A stretch of 64,000 nucleotides of DNA. Origin: Lingula anatina (Eukaryota; Animalia; Brachiopoda). The notes under the pieces were generated by a model. It saw only the letters and a list, made by a program, of their open reading frames with translations, was not told the origin of the DNA and made no database searches. Below, one piece after another: positions 38,601 through 51,278 of this stretch; position 1 is the stretch's first letter; every line of letters begins with the position of its first letter. The stretch covers positions 2,170,001 to 2,234,000 of the forward strand of contig CM120646.1 of NCBI GenBank assembly GCA_051362555.1, in the 5' to 3' direction. Made by a program: the position numbers and the translations under genes.

Positions 38601-41194
38601 CTCCCTTTTTCTTTTGAAATCAGCCATTTATGGGGGGGGGGGGGGGGGGGGGCTAGTATACGAGAGCATTTTATAATTAGTCTCAAGTTGATTGCTTTGC
38701 AACATGCTGTGACCAATGAGTTATAAAAACAGTAGAATTACTTTCTCACTATGAAAATATATTTTGTATATTTGTATCACCAGTTCTAAACAACCGAAAA
38801 TCCCAGTGAACAACTCTTCTGAGATTCTTAATTCTATTAGGTTTCGTGCAGCAAGACTTTCCTTGAATCTATATACAAGCAAACAGGGTTTGATTATTGT
38901 TTATACATCTGTAGTTAAATATACAGACATGATTTTTGTGGTATGGAAAAAGGTAGGAAGAAATAGCTCAGTGACCTTATGATGGGGGGGGGCATCTGAG
39001 ATGAAAAACTGCCAAGCAGAAAATTTGATTTTTTTCAATTTAAAGCAGAAAACTTGTCCAAATGAAAATTTTGTGACATAAGATATGCTGAATCAGAGGA
39101 GATTTTTATGATGGGTATTTTGCCCCAATCTTAATATCATAACAATGGTTAAAATAATACAAATAATTGAATTTCCATTTCTGTTTAAAAGTTGCCTTCC
39201 TGGTTTGAGTGCAGTGCTAATCCTAAAAGGTAAAGGGAGTTATGGACAAGTGCCTGCTATAAAAGCCACTGGGCACCAGAAATACATGGGTGCAAGGGAG
39301 TTTCACGGTTGGGTTGATTAGGCGAGGTCTCAGATTTCACACTGTTGACCTGTGCTAGGAGTCAATAGGTCACATGTCTCGTGTGCCTAATCTCTCCCTC
39401 GGCCCCCCTCCCCCTTTCATCCACCCCTCTCCCGGATTTGACATAATTACTGGTTTACTTGTCCAGCACAAATGATTACTGTAGTCAAGCAACTGGACTG
39501 TAAGTCATACTCACTCAGAAATGCAAGTGACTTGCTCATGGATTACTTGTCCAACATAAATTGTACTGGATTGCCCCTCCCCCCCTCCCCCCCCCCCTCC
39601 CCCTCCCCACTCCCTCAATAGTTACACATTTTTTAAAGGAATGGGGCAAGCAAATTTTCAGACCTAGTTGACCAACCAAACCAGTGTCTAAAAAACACAT
39701 TATACAAGTATCAGGCCCTACTTTCTCTTTCTCTCACTCTCTCGTATTCATGCACATACACATACAAAAAACCCCACTTCCTCTCTCTCTCTTTATCCTT
39801 CAACACAATAGGAGAGATATCAGGAGCAAAGTGGGTGGGTGTTGTCCAAAGTTGACTGTGTAAACTATATAAACAAGGCTATGACCTGTACAACAGCCAG
39901 CGTGTATCTCCATGCACAGAGACCACTAAGCCTGTTCACACAAATCATAACCTGGACCGATTCTATATCGGTCTTAAATTGGTCCAATTGGTAAAATGGT
40001 ACAGGAAGTATCAGACACCCAAAGAGTCTATTATTCTACATATTTTGATCCAACTCAAAGTGGATTCTTGTTGAATGCAATCAGATTAACATGCATTGAG
40101 AAGAACAAAGAAAAGCTGGTGATTGTAAGCTTACATTCGTAACAACAGGTGTGTTATTCTAAGTGTCTCAAATAGGATCAAATATGGTTCCCACTTGAAA
40201 GAAAGCAGCATAATCCACTAACATCTCCCACAGGCACTGTCCTACCAGGGGCAGAGCAATTAAATATGGGCCTGGGTACGAAGTGGGTCCTGCCATATAT
40301 GAGCTACACAGATAAATTTAATTGGGAATGGACCCTAAAACTGCACTGAGATCACAGTACTTATATACAATCAACTCTGTTGGAGATAAACTGCAACTCA
40401 CTCAGGGATGAGACCAGTCCTCGCAGAAAAAGTAGGAAAATTAGCAGGGGATCCAGAGTACAAGATTCACAAGAATGACCCAAATGACCATGAAAAAGTT
40501 GGAATTCCGACAAAAGTCGGAAAAGTCTCATCAGTGTTCATGCACCAAGCTGGAATATTTTTAATGAATCCAGTGAACATACTGAATGAGACTGGCTGGG
40601 CCAGTAAGACCTGATATGATATAAACAGGCACATGGGGTAGCAAGGGTTCAGAGTATCACCCATCACCACAGTACAAATTACAGACACATTTGCCCTAAG
40701 GTCTTGGCCCTGGTGTTATCTGACCCAAAATTTTAGACAATCATCTCTGAAAATTATTGCAATCTTGCTGTAATCTTGGTACAATTCATGTCTGATTGTG
40801 AAAATGACCCTTAAGGGCATTGTGTAGTTGATTTTTCATTTGCAAGGAGGAAGAGCCATAATGATACAGGTGTGATATAAACCTGCTTTTCTATAAGATC
40901 ACATTTTTATGAACTACCAGTTTTATTAAATTACTTAATGTATTAGATATTTAATTATCACTGAAGTGATGCTTGTGTGACCCAAGTGTTAAGAACAAAG
41001 AGCAATATTATCAGTAATGAAAATGGACAGTTTTTAAAAAATCCTGTAAATACAAGCACCGAAGGTGTGCAGCTCTATACGGGGGATCAAGGGGAGATTG
41101 GGGGGGGGGTATAAACACAAAATCCAAATACACAGATTTGGAAGACTTTCATGTCTAATATAACAACACTTATGCTCATTTCCCACATTCAAAA

Positions 41195-41373
41195 CCATAT
41201 TTGATCCACCAGTCTAACAGATCCATAGATCAAATATGGCCGACTCACTTGAAAGTTTACTGCATACTGACAATGGGAAATCTATTCAGTGTATATTAGG
41301 GGATGTTGTGGCAAGCTTTCAAGTGGGTCAGCCATATTTGATCTGTGGATCTGTTAGACTGCAGATCAACTTG
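41195..41373. mobile_element. MITE family A copy
   Basis: agtctaacagatccatagatcaaatatggccgactcacttgaaag / ctttcaagtgggtcagccatatttgatctgtggatctgttagact inverted arms. Confidence 0.85.
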
Positions 41374-41561
41374 TACCATCATTTTACCAAGTGCGTCTCG
41401 ATAGTCCGAAGGCTCACAGGTCCAAAATATCATAACAGTTTCATCATTTTTTTTTTAAATAAGACGGTTTGTTGGTCCAACGGTTCTTCATTGAACATTT
41501 GAACCAACGAACCTTCAGGGTGCTGCTACGGCTCTATTTCGCCGCGACTCTGACGGCTTAC

Positions 41562-41664
41562 CTTGAGCAATGAAGATATCAAAGTATTGGAGCAAATTGG
41601 CCCTCTGTAGAACTCTATATAGCTGGAGCTCTGACTGGCTGCTCGGCACCGTGGACGTCATCAT
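41562..41664 (-). CDS. NAB: NAB first core coding exon (start of NCD1; not in ORF track)
   Basis: [35 protein letters not shown] matches NCD1 [15 protein letters not shown]...FI.QG; G|gtaagc donor; acceptor aatttcag| at 41710-41711. Confidence 0.96.
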
Positions 41665-42274
41665 AAGCCGTCCTTGATTGCACGCCTGTCCCTTTTGTAA
41701 TAAATAAAGCTGAAATTAGAGGAAATTCATTTTTTGAAAACAGAAAATTTTAATAGACTTTTTCCTGCAAAAACAAAAAATACAGAAACTCAAACTGTTC
41801 TTCAATTTAAACTAGGCCTACACATATCCCAGATTTTAATTATTAATGTGCCATAGTCCTAAAATGGTTATGCAACATTTAAATAAATATTAAATGTTCT
41901 CATGTGCCAGGGGGATTGTGGATGTCACAAATAAATCATAAAGATAAATATCGCTTTCTCTCTGTTGGAAAATAGAATCAGTATTAAAATCAAAAGAAAA
42001 TTTAATTCAAATGAAATATTTTTTCATTCAAAAAATCATTGACAAATAAATATTTGCCTCTTCCAATGATGAAGATTTTAAAATGCTGTTAGATATTTTC
42101 TGAGTATATCCAGGCAAAAAAAAAAAAAATGGAAACAACAATAATGACAATGTGGACACCCTTTTTAGACTACAAAAAACAGTTCATCGAACAGTCAAAC
42201 ACTGTTTATATGTCTGTTGATATGTATTTTTCTTCGTGTTTACATCGTGTGAGCCTATCCTGAATCTCGTTAAA

Positions 42275-42291
42275 CAGCGCCCTCTGCTGGC
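42275..42291 (-). promoter_or_regulatory. CTCF-like motif
   Basis: Reverse complement reads GCCAGCAGAGGGCGCTG, close to the bilaterian CTCF core consensus. Confidence 0.55.
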
Positions 42292-42599
42292 TTCAATAAT
42301 TCCCGGCTTTTCCTGTTAAAGTCTTCACGTAACTGTTAATTCATCTTCAATTACGATTCCTACTTTCACTCTTGAAAATGTAACTGACCCCTCAGTTCAA
42401 CAAACTGTTGAATCTACAAATGTTAAAGAGACCTGCCTCCATAGCAAACCTAATAAAGAATCGACGTCACCCATCGATCGCTACATACATTGTGAGTGGC
42501 AAAATGGCCGGCCAAACTCCCCTTGTTTTTAAGCAAGGTTTGAATCACAAGAAGGTTGATACGACGCTGAAGACACTAAGATCGAGCTGCTGAACACCT

Positions 42600-44050
42600 A
42601 ACTCACCTCTCCAAGTCTACCTGTGTAATCGTAAGAGCGACAGACCGTCCGTTAAGCCATCATTTCTGCTGACGAGAAATTTTCCCCCGCGTCGTGTCCG
42701 CTATTTGACCCCTGCGTTCGCTTTGTGCGTCTGTGGCTTTGCTGGGCCAAACAGCTGGCACTTTAACGTTAAATCCAACTCCCTCCCTTCAACAGCTTGC
42801 GTCTGGGCAGAGTCCTAGTTCTGTCTATCATACACGCTTACCTACAATACACGATGGTGGCTGGTCCGAATCATCGGATCCACAGCGGTGAAATCAACAT
42901 TGAAAATTCCCCTCGCTCACACAAAGGAATTTCTGCTGGTAATACCATTTCCCCGACCCTCAGCACTTCGGTACGCGGGGTGGGGGCAACTGAGGGTAGA
43001 TTTCCTAATATGGGTTAAGACTCGTGCGTCATAGGGCAGCCCGGGGAATGTGATTGGTTGCGAGCCCCACGTGAGGGCTGTTTCTCGTGAGGGGTGGGAG
43101 GCCAAATGATGACGTATTTTCCCCCTGGAGGGAGGAGTTGGATATAAGGCTCGTAGTCCGCATACTAATGCTTCGACTCGTCCAGCTGGCGCTACACGTT
43201 GGTAGTGCCAAGCTGAAGAATCGTAGGGGGGAGGTCACGGATAATATGAGACCAGACAGGTTTTTATTGAAAATTCAATTAAAAATTAACCCCGAGTTTC
43301 GATAACACCGGCCAAAATACCCGTAACTGCCTGATATGCGGCACGACTTACCCTGCTGATGGCGAGTTGCCAAGGAAGGCTGGGTGGTTTTTTATGTGTG
43401 CTGAGATCTTATAGCTATAAGGTTTTAATTCAGTTAAGACGCTGCCTGGCCATAAGCCTAGCCCAATATTTCAGGGGGGATACAATATAAACTGCTAACC
43501 ACTTGACAGCCTTACAAGTTATCACTTTTCGTTAATTTGCCTTTGCTTTTCCTGTTTTTCTCCAGAATGACAAATTAACAGCGAAAAGGTGCTAAATGTG
43601 TATTTGTGTTAAATTTGTGTATTTTCTGTCTCTTTGGCTACTTTTACCTGAAATTACACACATTTGTTCGACAACTCGACTTCTCTGAAATTCTGAAATA
43701 TTGAAAAAAAATAAACAACTTAGCAAGTAAAACTGAGTATGTTAAAAAAAATAACGTTCACACACTCGATTCCCCTGTCCAACATAAAAGTAATAATAAT
43801 GACAAAATGCCGAACCATAAAACACACCGGCAAATAATGAACCATGTTAACATCAAACAAGGGGACGTTTGGAGCGTCCGCGATATCACGACTGGTATTC
43901 TGCGAAGCCGCGGCCCAGGGTGACTTTGCGTCTCAGGGCTTCCGTCCGGCAATCTGTCCTTCCGTCTTCCCACAGGAAAAGCGCCTTAAGTAGCGTCCTC
44001 GGCCCCGCACTAGTGCTGATATCTGCCGAAGCGTTTGGCAAGAAAACCCT
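42600..44050 (-). promoter_or_regulatory. CpG-rich NAB promoter / 5' UTR exon region with several donors
   Basis: CpG-dense relative to flanks; minus-strand donors gtgagt (42601-42606), gtaagc (42836-42841), gtaagt (43346-43351); CCAAT and CACGTG at about 43053-43073. Confidence 0.6.
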
Positions 44051-47000
44051 ACCACACTTGTATTGATTCCGACTTCGTTGAATTTTTTAAAAATTATAAC
44101 CAATTGGAAGCAAAGGTTCTGAGACAATACTGTTCAAGAGATCAATGATTTATGATAGATTTTTGTCATTGCCGTGTACGAACATGCGGGCATTGTTCAT
44201 GGAAGTTGGATGATGAGAAATTGAGAGGGAGAGAGAGGACTGAAAAGATGAATAAAGAAGGAGAGAAAGGGGGCCACAAGGACGCTCATACATATATGCA
44301 TGATATGAAGCTATAAATGATATAAATTGCACCCCAGGCTTCTCAGTGTAATTAATTCCACTTCGTCATCCATGAGAGATGATTTCTGTGCCCTTGAAAA
44401 GGGAGGGGCGAACTGAGCACGTGAAGACTTACAAACCATCTGTGGCCGACCTCATTTTTAGGGATTGTTTTTGATTTTTATAACAGGTTTTGACTGCTTC
44501 TGCTTTCGCGTCCAGTGACACCAAAAGGAAAGGGGGAGAGAGAAGGAGGGGGTCGATTGGATCGTTCGTTGGTGGTCCGGGCATTTAATATGTTTTTTAT
44601 AGTAGTGCATTGGGATCATTGTTTAATATATTACTCTTTAGCTTGTGGTTGCATCGAGTGTGACTATCACAGTGCGCTATGAATACTTTTTTTTAGATAT
44701 ATTTATAGTCTTTTCCTTTTTACAATTTAACTTTCTTGGTTATTATCATAAAATTATTCCGATTTTGCCTTTACGTGGAAAAGAATGGATAATGTTTTTT
44801 AAAAATAAGATCAAAGAAAATGGAACATAATATACAGTTTTATATGCTGTAAAAATGAAGACGAGGAGAAAAAATTCTATATGTATATTAAAGGACAAAA
44901 TTGATATCTATAAGTCTTATGACACATTAATATAGTAAGCAATATTTTAGTAGAAAGAAATATATCAAACCAAGAAATGATGTGCAGGAAAGAAAAAGAA
45001 TTTTTGTCTGGGCGGCGCAGATGTATACGTTTTTCTCCTAAATGAAAAATATAATCATACCTAATGTGCATATGAGAATATTGCTGGATGCATGACGTGA
45101 TTTTATAACTTATTTTCCCTACTTGTGAACCATGTAATGCATTAAAGTGATTTCATCGATTATCAAATTAATGAAAACAATTCAACGGTGAACTGTGCAC
45201 TATGGCAAATTTCCACTCAATTTCATTGAGAAAAGTCCTCAAATCCACTCCCTTGGTCTTCGATCCTCTAATGATATATTCTTCTCTGTGAGGAAATAAG
45301 AAGAAATTCAACAGACATCCGTGTAGAAGACAGTGAAGGTTACACTTGCCGATAGAGGGGCTCCTATCTCTTCCCACTGTTTACCCAGCATTCGAGGCCC
45401 TTACACCTGGAGGACTAACTTTAACCGAAAAACGGACGCAGGCTGACTAATATCAGGGGAAAAAAATCTCGGAAGTCAGGCGACGTCGGGTCATGTTCCT
45501 CGTCGACCAAAAAAATTACAACATCATCTGCTGAGTGTTGAATCTGTTCTTTGCCAGAAAAAGAATGCAAATATTTCATATTGATTAAAATCGATAAATA
45601 AATTGAACTTTTTTTGTTTATCTACTCCACTTTTTAATAGTCCTTAGTAAAGGTGGGCCGGGGGAGCAAGGGCTCATTTCGAGGAACCTGCTCCCGCATC
45701 AATGTGTCAACATGGGTTAACCCTGCCCCGTTTCAGAGGACGGAAATGACTGCTGATTTACGGAGAAAAAAGTATCACTTTTTGTTCTCAGATCACAAGG
45801 GTATACAACTAATTTTTGTGTGTGGGAGGTCGGGGGGGGGGGGGGGGGTCAGGCTTGGTGTCCTGCTTTATACAGTTATGACCAAGGATTTGAAAAAATG
45901 TGTGTGTGTGTGTGTGTGTGTGTTTGAGGGGGGGGGGGCACTCTCCCCCCCTTCCCAATTTCCTACGCCTTTGTATCTTATGATTCTTTCAATCTGTGGA
46001 TTTTGAAATAAACGAATAGGGCAATGATATTGAAATGAAGTGAATTTGCCCTCAGTGATGCAAACACTTCGTATGGCATATGTAAAACATTTACTTTGAG
46101 TAATTTCAAAAATTGTGATACACGATCGCGCACGCTTTGAATGTGGTCGGATGGAAAAGAACCTAGATATACGGGTGTGTGAATGCATGGTAAATGTGTC
46201 TTTAATATGAGGAGTTAGTGAAATTACATTTTAAGAGAATTTTCCCGGCCACCTTTTATCTCTCTCCATATACATGTATGAACGAGTTATGATACATTCT
46301 GTTTGCGGAGCAAGGAATTGTGTTCAAGCGCAACAAACACAATTGCGTTCTGTTTCGGCTAGTAGACATTAAAGACATCATATTAAGGATTTTCACGCCA
46401 ATATCTAATTTTCCACGGGAAAAAATCGCCTTCCCACGAATAATCTTCTCACCCTTCTCTGGGATTTGATTGGACAGTTTGTGCCTTTTTTCAATGAAAA
46501 GAATTTAGTTATTAATGACTCCCGAGTCATTTAAACCACCACTTTTCTCTGAAATTTCGGATGAAAAAATCGACATCAGGTGCTTTTATTATAGGGGTCT
46601 TAACTTATCACTTTTAATGTCTGGCTTGGGAGAAATAAGTAGTTTTGTAGGATATTTAGACATAAAAATGTCACTTTTTCAAACGCGTTCAGTAAAGCTT
46701 TAAGAAATTTATTACAATGAAAGAAATGTATTTTCCACATGCAAAAGTATTGATAACAAATCGTACCACTCGATTACAGACCTGCTTTCATCATTGACGT
46801 GCAGAAAGAATCTCGTGGTAATATTAAAGAAGATGATATTTGCTGTTCATGAGATGGGTTGGTTTATTTTATCTACTCAGTACAAAACCCGTAGCTGAAT
46901 AATGACTAAACTTCTCAAATTTTGTTGTTATCTGCTATGTATAATTAACAACGTGAAATGCAATGAAAAGCCACCTACTATAATGCACTTAAAAATACAA

Positions 47001-47248
47001 CAAAAAATTCTTAGCGTTCCCATGGCTATTTCATTAGAAAACTCTGGTTACGTGAAAATCCATCGCGGTCCCCTTTGTGGCCTATCTTGCTTCCTCGGTA
47101 ATCTTCGGTCAGTTCCGTATGTAACCCACAGAATAAGAGAGTAAGAATAATACGAGTTACGAAATCGTCTGAGGGTACCTCTTTATGCGGGCAAAGGTTA
47201 TGTAGAGTGGCACTAAATAGCCTGAGGTCTTTGCATTTTGCTTTTCCA

Positions 47249-47292
<44 letters not shown>

Positions 47293-47293
47293 T
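47249..47293 (+). repeat. (TAT)n microsatellite
   Basis: Direct inspection. Confidence 0.95.
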
Positions 47294-48002
47294 TTAACTG
47301 TTGTTATTGTTGCTGTTGGTGTTGTTATCATCGCTGAAGAGGGATTTTTATCACTGATGTATCTTTGAATTTTTCTACATGTTCAAAGACTCCACAAAGA
47401 GGAAGGAGATATACATGTAGATTAAGTATTGACTTCACAAATTTAAATCGTGTATACGCACGTTCTTGCTTCTCAGATGTTACAACAAAATGTATTAGAG
47501 TGTGCCTCGAGAAATACTAGATTAAGATGACTTTTTTATCGTCTTGTTTATATTTAATGTACGCAGTCGGTCAAATCCAATGTATAATCTATAACACTGT
47601 ATCGCTTTGCCCTGACAATAATAAGAAATAAACTAACTAACTAACTAACTAACTAAGAACATGAGGCATGGCATTGAATATAGTTATGAGAGGAAACCTC
47701 ATCCAGGCTGCATTGAGAGACCGTAGTATCAACGACACTGCCCGTAACGATTTTCGGGGATGCAATCGATGAAATCGGGAATGATTTTCCAAATGAAAAT
47801 GTTCCACTTGTAGGAACCTTAATTTCTTTAAGACGCAAATCTAAGAAAGAGAGAGAAAAAAAAACAAGTTCTAGGTGAAGAATTTCCGACTGAAGCTAAT
47901 TTGAAATCAACACGCCCAGTTCTAAAAACTCTTTACTTAACACCTGCTAGGTGATAATATGAACCCCCCTGGCTATTCGCTGTTTATACATTCGGCTTTA
48001 AT

Positions 48003-48211
48003 TAAGCCACATCCACAATCAAGATTGATCCGCAGACTAACAGATCCACGGGTCAAATATGGCCGACCCACTTGAAAGCTTACCGCGTTATCCCCGCGGG
48101 AAATCTATTGAGTGTCTGTTAGTGGAATTTGCGACAAGCTTTCAAGTGGGTCAGCCATATTTGATCAGCGGATCTGTTTGTCCGCGGGTCAACTTGTCCT
48201 GAATGCGCCTT
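48003..48211. mobile_element. MITE family A, near full-length copy
   Basis: ttgatccgcagactaacagatccacgggtcaaatatggccgacccacttgaaagctt with complementary right arm. Confidence 0.85.
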
Positions 48212-49222
48212 TAGTTAATAATCTCTTATTTCACTCTGGTTAGTAACAGTCGCACAATGTTGTTCTAATGGTTGATCGTATTTAGTCGTTTATGAATATA
48301 TATATATATTTTTTTAATTTTTTGTATGTATATAAGGCAGGAAGGGTTAAGGTACCGGTTGTCTGCACATTTCATGAAATCTAAGCCCCAACAAGGAAGA
48401 CTTCGTTAATTTTTAGAAAAATCCACCTACTGCTTCTAGACGGTTGTTATATCTTGGTGGGGGTGACCGTGTTCCTCTCAGCCTATAAGGAACGTTCTGG
48501 AATAAAAAAAAATACGTAGTTTTCGTTATGATGTAATCTTTTAAAGAGTGCGGGATTACCAGAGGAGGTAGAAAGGGTACACTTCCCTGAATTACTAATG
48601 CACAAAATATCTGGAGAAAATATGTAATTCATTATTCTTCCATATATATACGTATAGTACTTCCTTCTTTTTTGGAGCTATTGCTTAAAGTGTTTCTACA
48701 GAATGTACAACATTCCTTGAATATTGCAACCAAGAACAGGCATACCAGAACACGATTATGTTCAGGTTTTTCAACACTATTTATGCGGCGTAACGACTTT
48801 ACTTGCAGACATGTACAGATATTTAAAAGGAAAGTCTTATAGTCATGAAAATTACAAATGTAATGTATGATCTATAGATTCCTTAATACAGATCCCGAAA
48901 TTAACATAAAGGCACATATCAAAGTGAATGTTTTATTTTCCCAATTATCTTAGTATAAAGGCACAGATTTTGTTTAGCTACAGTGCTTGGTTTTGTCTTT
49001 CAGTTCAATCATCGCAATGTCACCAATTTCTCACGCATAAAATGCGAGTCCAACTCCAGGAAATCTAAGAAACCGCGTTTTTTCCCTTTCTTGCCCGCAA
49101 CCGTATCTATACTTTTAGCTACAGCTGTAACATTCTAACACGTACAACGATTCTAATAAAAAATAGGCGTAGTTATTCCAGGTCAATTAAAAATATCAAC
49201 ATAAATGTCGACGAGAACTCAC

Positions 49223-49480
49223 CGAATCACTTCTGTTGTTCAACAAAGAGCTTGCGCGCACGGACAGATCACGACAATCTCGCGTCCGGGGAGGAGGCAG
49301 CGGCGGCAGAGAAGGGTACGACCGTGGATTGGAGCTGTGTATCAACCCCGGTGGCGCAGGCAGAGAATGTACTGTGTGCGGCATATGTGGTGCTGTCTGC
49401 GCTAAAGAGGCGGTGTCGCTGTGGGACGTTCTTTCCGGGTAGGTCAACATGGAGTCAGCGCCTGAGGTGTAGGCAAGCAT
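49223..49480 (-). CDS. Candidate upstream coding exon giving an N-terminally extended NAB
   Basis: GC-rich island with 86-codon P/S/H-rich frame from ATG to TCG|gtgagt (phase 0), in frame with the stop-free 45 nt upstream of the NAB ATG; acceptor tttgcatgcag| at 49558-49559. Confidence 0.45.
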
Positions 49481-50413
49481 TGCTGTGGCATTAGATGTAG
49501 ACGAACAGGCCACTCTCCCACAGAATCTGTGAAATTTCTGTAGTTAACCTGAGGAGCCTGCATGCAAAAAATATGACGTAAATTTTAGACATGCTAATTT
49601 AAGAAATATGAATGATTAACACAATTAGCACCTTACTCAAAAACTGCATGGTAGTAGCAAAATAAGAGATCCAAAGTGATACTACTATTCCGTATTTAAC
49701 ATTCAACCTTGTTCACTCTTTCTCTTGACCAATTTGTTTCTTTTGAAAAACACATCCCTACATGATTTTAATAGATAAGATATTTTTTATAATAAAATAA
49801 ATTCAGATTAAACTTCGAAAATATCAGTAGTGAGTCCTGTGAACATTGACAGACAGTAATGAATACTTCGACATTAACTACAATTAACAGAGTATATCAG
49901 TAGAGCACTTTTATGATAAAAACAGTTATAAAAATCACCTGTATCAATCCAAGCAGATTAAGAGACGCCGTCCAAGTAGTCTCTGGGTTGGTGTGGACTT
50001 GTGATGACGAATTCCAGAAATGACAACTGATCTTGGTAGCTAGTGGCCTCACTACTATATAACCACCAGAGAACTCCTAGAGTCTCCAAAGACACCTGCG
50101 ATTATGATCACTCCTCATCAGGGCCACTATGGGATATAAAGCCATCTTTAACAGGAAAACGCTTATGAGACAACGTCATGCAGCTTTGTGGCCTCGTCGT
50201 TAACTGTTTGTTAGGGTCGGAAGCAGGATAAGAGAAAGCAAAGCGTTCTGATACCAGCATGTAATTAACGCCGCCGGTCTAAGCACACGCACCTACCCCT
50301 TCAATTTTTCACGAGATTTTATTTTTCGAGTGCGACTTAGTGTCAGCACTGTATTTATTATTCATATTTTTCAACGCTTGCTGTATGTTGTAGCAGCGAG
50401 AATATTAGGTACA

Positions 50414-50416
50414 TGT

Positions 50417-50506
<90 letters not shown>

Positions 50507-50518
50507 GGGGGGGGGGGG
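50414..50518 (+). repeat. Compound (GT)n(GA)n(G)n microsatellite
   Basis: Direct inspection. Confidence 0.95.
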
Positions 50519-50990
50519 CGTCTCTTCCCACGAGCCTACAACTTAATAATGGCCACAGACCCATTCAATATGGACGAGAAACATTATAGACCAGCAGTGG
50601 CGTTATCTGACGTCTAAAACAAAGTGATCGCATCGCAATAGATTTTCTCCATAAGCTTGCTTTCACTTGCACATCTAACTTGCACCAAATGTGATAATAA
50701 GGGTTTATTGTACTCTTCTTGCAAAACATACATCAGATATTAATTGCATACATGTACTGTATAAAAAGATTGCATACATGGATCAAGAGATATGAAATAT
50801 GTTAAAATTAAGCTATATTATGAAATATATAAATCTATTAAAAAAGGGAATCGTGAAATCGTAACATTGAAATGTCGCCTTGCCATTGCTTTGTAAGGAA
50901 CGCAATAGGCAAATACAATGAAATAAGTAGTAATGATAACGAGAGCATTAAATTAAGATAATGAGAAAATTAAATCTACTACGAAGAAAA

Positions 50991-51126
50991 AGATCACGAC
51001 GTTTCCACCTTGTCACAAGGTCTTCTTCAGGTGAACTGATATGAGTTGTCCCCGATGTCACGTGGTGCCATTCTGCGCAGTTCACCCGATGAAGACTTTG
51101 TGACAAGGTTAAAATGCTGTGATCTC
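50991..51126. repeat. Inverted repeat with about 48-bp arms (hairpin/MITE-like)
   Basis: accttgtcacaaggtcttcttcaggtgaactg pairs with cagttcacccgatgaagactttgtgacaaggt. Confidence 0.75.
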
Positions 51127-51235
51127 CGTTGCCACGAAAGATCCAGAGCTTGATTTGATTTTTTCATTACTTTAGTATAATAAATCTGCGTGAATCAAAA
51201 CATTGACATTCAGCATTTAATGTAACACTAACAGA

Positions 51236-51239
<4 letters not shown>

Positions 51240-51275
<36 letters not shown>
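51240..51275 (+). repeat. (CT)n microsatellite
   Basis: Direct inspection. Confidence 0.95.

Positions 51276-51278
<3 letters not shown>

Noticed and set aside
41236-41502. ORF sharing SFQVG.PYLIC with ORF 23717-23923
   Set aside because: The shared peptide is just the translation of MITE family A arms, not a protein family.
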